From assembly GCF_001447785.1 (NCBI RefSeq), contig NW_015174292.1, positions 777,847 to 841,846 of the forward strand: DNA of 64,000 nucleotides, in the 5' to 3' direction. Both the position numbers and the translations under genes were made by a program. Below the pieces are notes generated by a model that did no database searches, had not been told where the DNA came from, and saw only the letters and a list, made by a program, of their open reading frames with translations. This stretch comes from Gekko japonicus. Lineage: Eukaryota. Position 1 is the stretch's first letter. Each line of letters begins with the position of its first letter. This document shows, in pieces, positions 61,780-64,000 of the stretch.

Positions 61780-64000
61780 TTGCCAGGGCCTAGATGAGTG
61801 CCGTTGGTTACGACAGGCTGTGGGTGGTGCCGGCTGGGATGCGGCGGTGCAGCCACGGCAATAGGAAAAGAGGCAGATGGCTTCCAGGGAGGTTCCAGTG
61901 GGGGCAAGGGTTAAGCAGGACCCATCAGAGGATCAGCAGGACTTGGGAGGCCAGGCGGCTGTTCTGCCCATGCACTTGGGAGGAATGAAACTACTTCTAG
62001 ACCTGGCAGCCCAGCCTTACTTGCATATAGGTCAGTAAGTGCCACTGGAGCCATCTTCACATTATGGCGAGTGAGCATACAGCCTGCATGTATGTGCATA
62101 CATCGGATGGTAAGAAGGAGCCAATGAATATTCTGTGTGCTTGTCCTGGTCTTTAGGATAGGAAGTCGGTTTCTATTAAGAAATTATAGGTACTGCGTAC
62201 TTTTCAGGGTAAGGTTTTTTAGAATAAATAAACAAATAAAATACCAAACAAACACAATTAAATTATACAGGTTTTTAAAGTGACACCACATTGTAAATTG
62301 GCACTATCACAATTTTAAAGCCGAGCTCACCGGTTGGCTATGATGGTTCTTAGTGGTTATTCAAGAGCTGGATAAATTGAGTACCTAGAAGCATTTCAAA
62401 ATACCTTATTGGGGCGGTCCCTTGACTTTTAAAGCAATGGATGCCTCCCTGTTCAGGTCTGCTTGCAATCGTAGGAAAGTTCTTTAAGAACGCCAAGGAA
62501 CTAAGAGAATTGATCCAGGTCTCCTCTAGTATTGTTTCCACAGTTTGACAATCCAGGGGATCTGGGACTCTTCTAACATAGACTTTAGCCAGTGACAATT
62601 TCAACCTGGGGTGTTGATGCACTTCAAGTTATTAAGTCAGTTACTGCTTTAGACATGCGGATGGAACTCCGCTGATCAGGCACCCCTTTGTAGCGGTTAG
62701 CACTTGGGCTTTGGGCAAGTTGGGGCTTTTCCCGGGGTGAAGTTTGGAACTCACTCTTCTCGGTTCAGTGCCACTTCCGCTGCAGCTGCCCTTGGCAATG
62801 TGTTCCCTTGCCATGTGGTAGTGTCAGTGGGACCAGATCAGGACTTTGTCTGGTCACTGCACTCCATTTTGGGTGGCATTGTGGATCAGTGAGCCAGTGG
62901 CAGGCTTTTGCCTAGCATTCGAAGAATGGAATTGCAAAGTTTAAAGTTATTAATCGATTTTTCTTTCAGGTGCTGCTGGCCACAGGGCAAGACGAAGAGT
63001 CAATGTCTGTGGCCACAGCATGGTCTTTTGGGCCACCAACCGGGCCAGGAGGACACCCTGGCCGGGAAGGCCCTTGTGTTACAAGCTGAGGCACACCTTG
63101 CAATGATAAAAGCAAGATGACCCAGAGTGCAGATCGTCTGGCCAGCAAGGCCCTTGTGTGACAAGCTGAGGCTGACCGTGCGATGATAAGAGCAAGGTGG
63201 CTCAGAGTGCAGATAGTCTGGTCAGCTATTTTGCATCGCCATGAAGGGCAAGGCCCTGGTGTTGCAAGCGGAGGCTGACCTTGCGATGATAAGAGCAAGG
63301 TGGCCCAGAGTCCAGATACTCTGGTTGGCTATCCTGACTTGCCATGAAGGGCAAGGCCCTGGTGTTACAAGCAGAGGCTGACCTTGCGATGATAAGAGCA
63401 AGATGGCCCAGAATGCAGATAGTCTAGCCAACAAGGCCCTTGTGTGACAGGCTGAGGTGGCTCAAAGAGTAGATAGTCCGGTTGGCTATTCTGCATCACC
63501 ATGAAGGGCAGGGCCCTGGTGTTGCAAGTGGAGGCTGACCTTGCGATGATAAGAGCAAGGTGGCCCAGTAGTGCAGATAATGGGGTCGGTTATTCTGCCA
63601 CACCAGGTATGGCACAATTTGGAGACCCCCGCTAGGTGTAAAGCCACCCACCAGATGTGGAAGGCCATGGAGGGCGGTTGAGTTCCAGGACCTGTATAGG
63701 GCTGACAGGGTGCACCTATCAAACAAGGGCAATGGGTTATTTTTGCGGGACCTGTGGCAAGGGATTAGGTCAGTCTTGGGCTTTTAGTGGGGAGCAAAGA
63801 CCAAAGCAGAGGCTTGGTCTTGGCTGTGGCAGGTTGGTGCGGGCAAGAAACTGGAACCGGTGAGCACCTTATGGCATTTTCCCCATTAGGGAACAGGGGG
63901 TCATCAGGAATTGCCTTCAGATTTCTAAAGTCCAGGGTGGGGAACGGTGAACACCTCCTCTGGGAATCTCTTAGGGTATGCTCCTCTCTGCAAGTTGGAA
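61780..64000 (+). mobile_element. DIRS/Ngaro-like tyrosine-recombinase retrotransposon remnant (YR plus SGNH hydrolase ORF), running off the window
   Basis: FRHADGTPLIRHPF..ALGKLG/VKFGTHSSRFSATSAAAALG (62650-62797) is a decayed YR box II (HSFRIGAAT). It is followed by VCGHSMVFWA (~63005-63035) and DLYRADRVHLSNKGNGLFLRDL (~63688-63755), which are SGNH block I and V motifs as in Ngaro-group elements. Confidence 0.8.
63064..63600 (+). repeat. Six-unit tandem repeat (77-103 bp) within the hydrolase ORF
   Basis: Units start a(a/g)ggccct at about 63067, 63147, 63250, 63353, 63433 and 63510. The core is aagctgaggctgaccttgcgatgataagagcaaggtggcccagagtgcagata. Confidence 0.93.

Noticed and set aside
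63064-63600. CRISPR-like array
   Set aside because: Vertebrate DNA, and the units are contiguous, diverged repeats of TE coding sequence with no unique spacers and no cas genes.
1-64000. Most 60-170 aa ORFs in the supplied track as host genes
   Set aside because: Many start at GTG/TTG, lie in GC-rich MITE, LTR or SINE sequence, lack recognisable domains and do not form a splice-consistent chain.

Overview
Eukaryotic, vertebrate, transposon-dense and apparently non-coding DNA (intron or intergenic). The repeat repertoire points to a squamate, most likely a gecko: Sauria-type and 5S-derived SINEs, Bov-B/RTE, RTE-X, CR1, L2, Penelope, a DIRS/Ngaro tyrosine-recombinase retroelement, solo LTRs and many hAT and Harbinger-like MITEs. 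This assignment is an inference. I found no host protein-coding exon, tRNA gene, rRNA gene or CRISPR array that I can support. Every recognisable ORF is a fragment of a retroelement. The best-supported structures are insertions whose terminal inverted repeats (TIRs) and target-site duplications (TSDs) can be read directly. The main oddities are: (i) a Bov-B RT fragment truncated at both ends, yet flanked by a 12-bp direct repeat and still in frame; (ii) hAT MITEs with shared ends but different interiors, apparently including captured Penelope sequence and GC-rich modules shared between TIR families; (iii) a 3x2 higher-order tandem amplification inside the SGNH-hydrolase ORF of a Ngaro-like element; (iv) several long near-perfect palindromes; and (v) a speculative, heavily decayed viral-envelope-like segment. 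There is one 41-nt assembly gap. I cannot demonstrate a new biological system from sequence alone.
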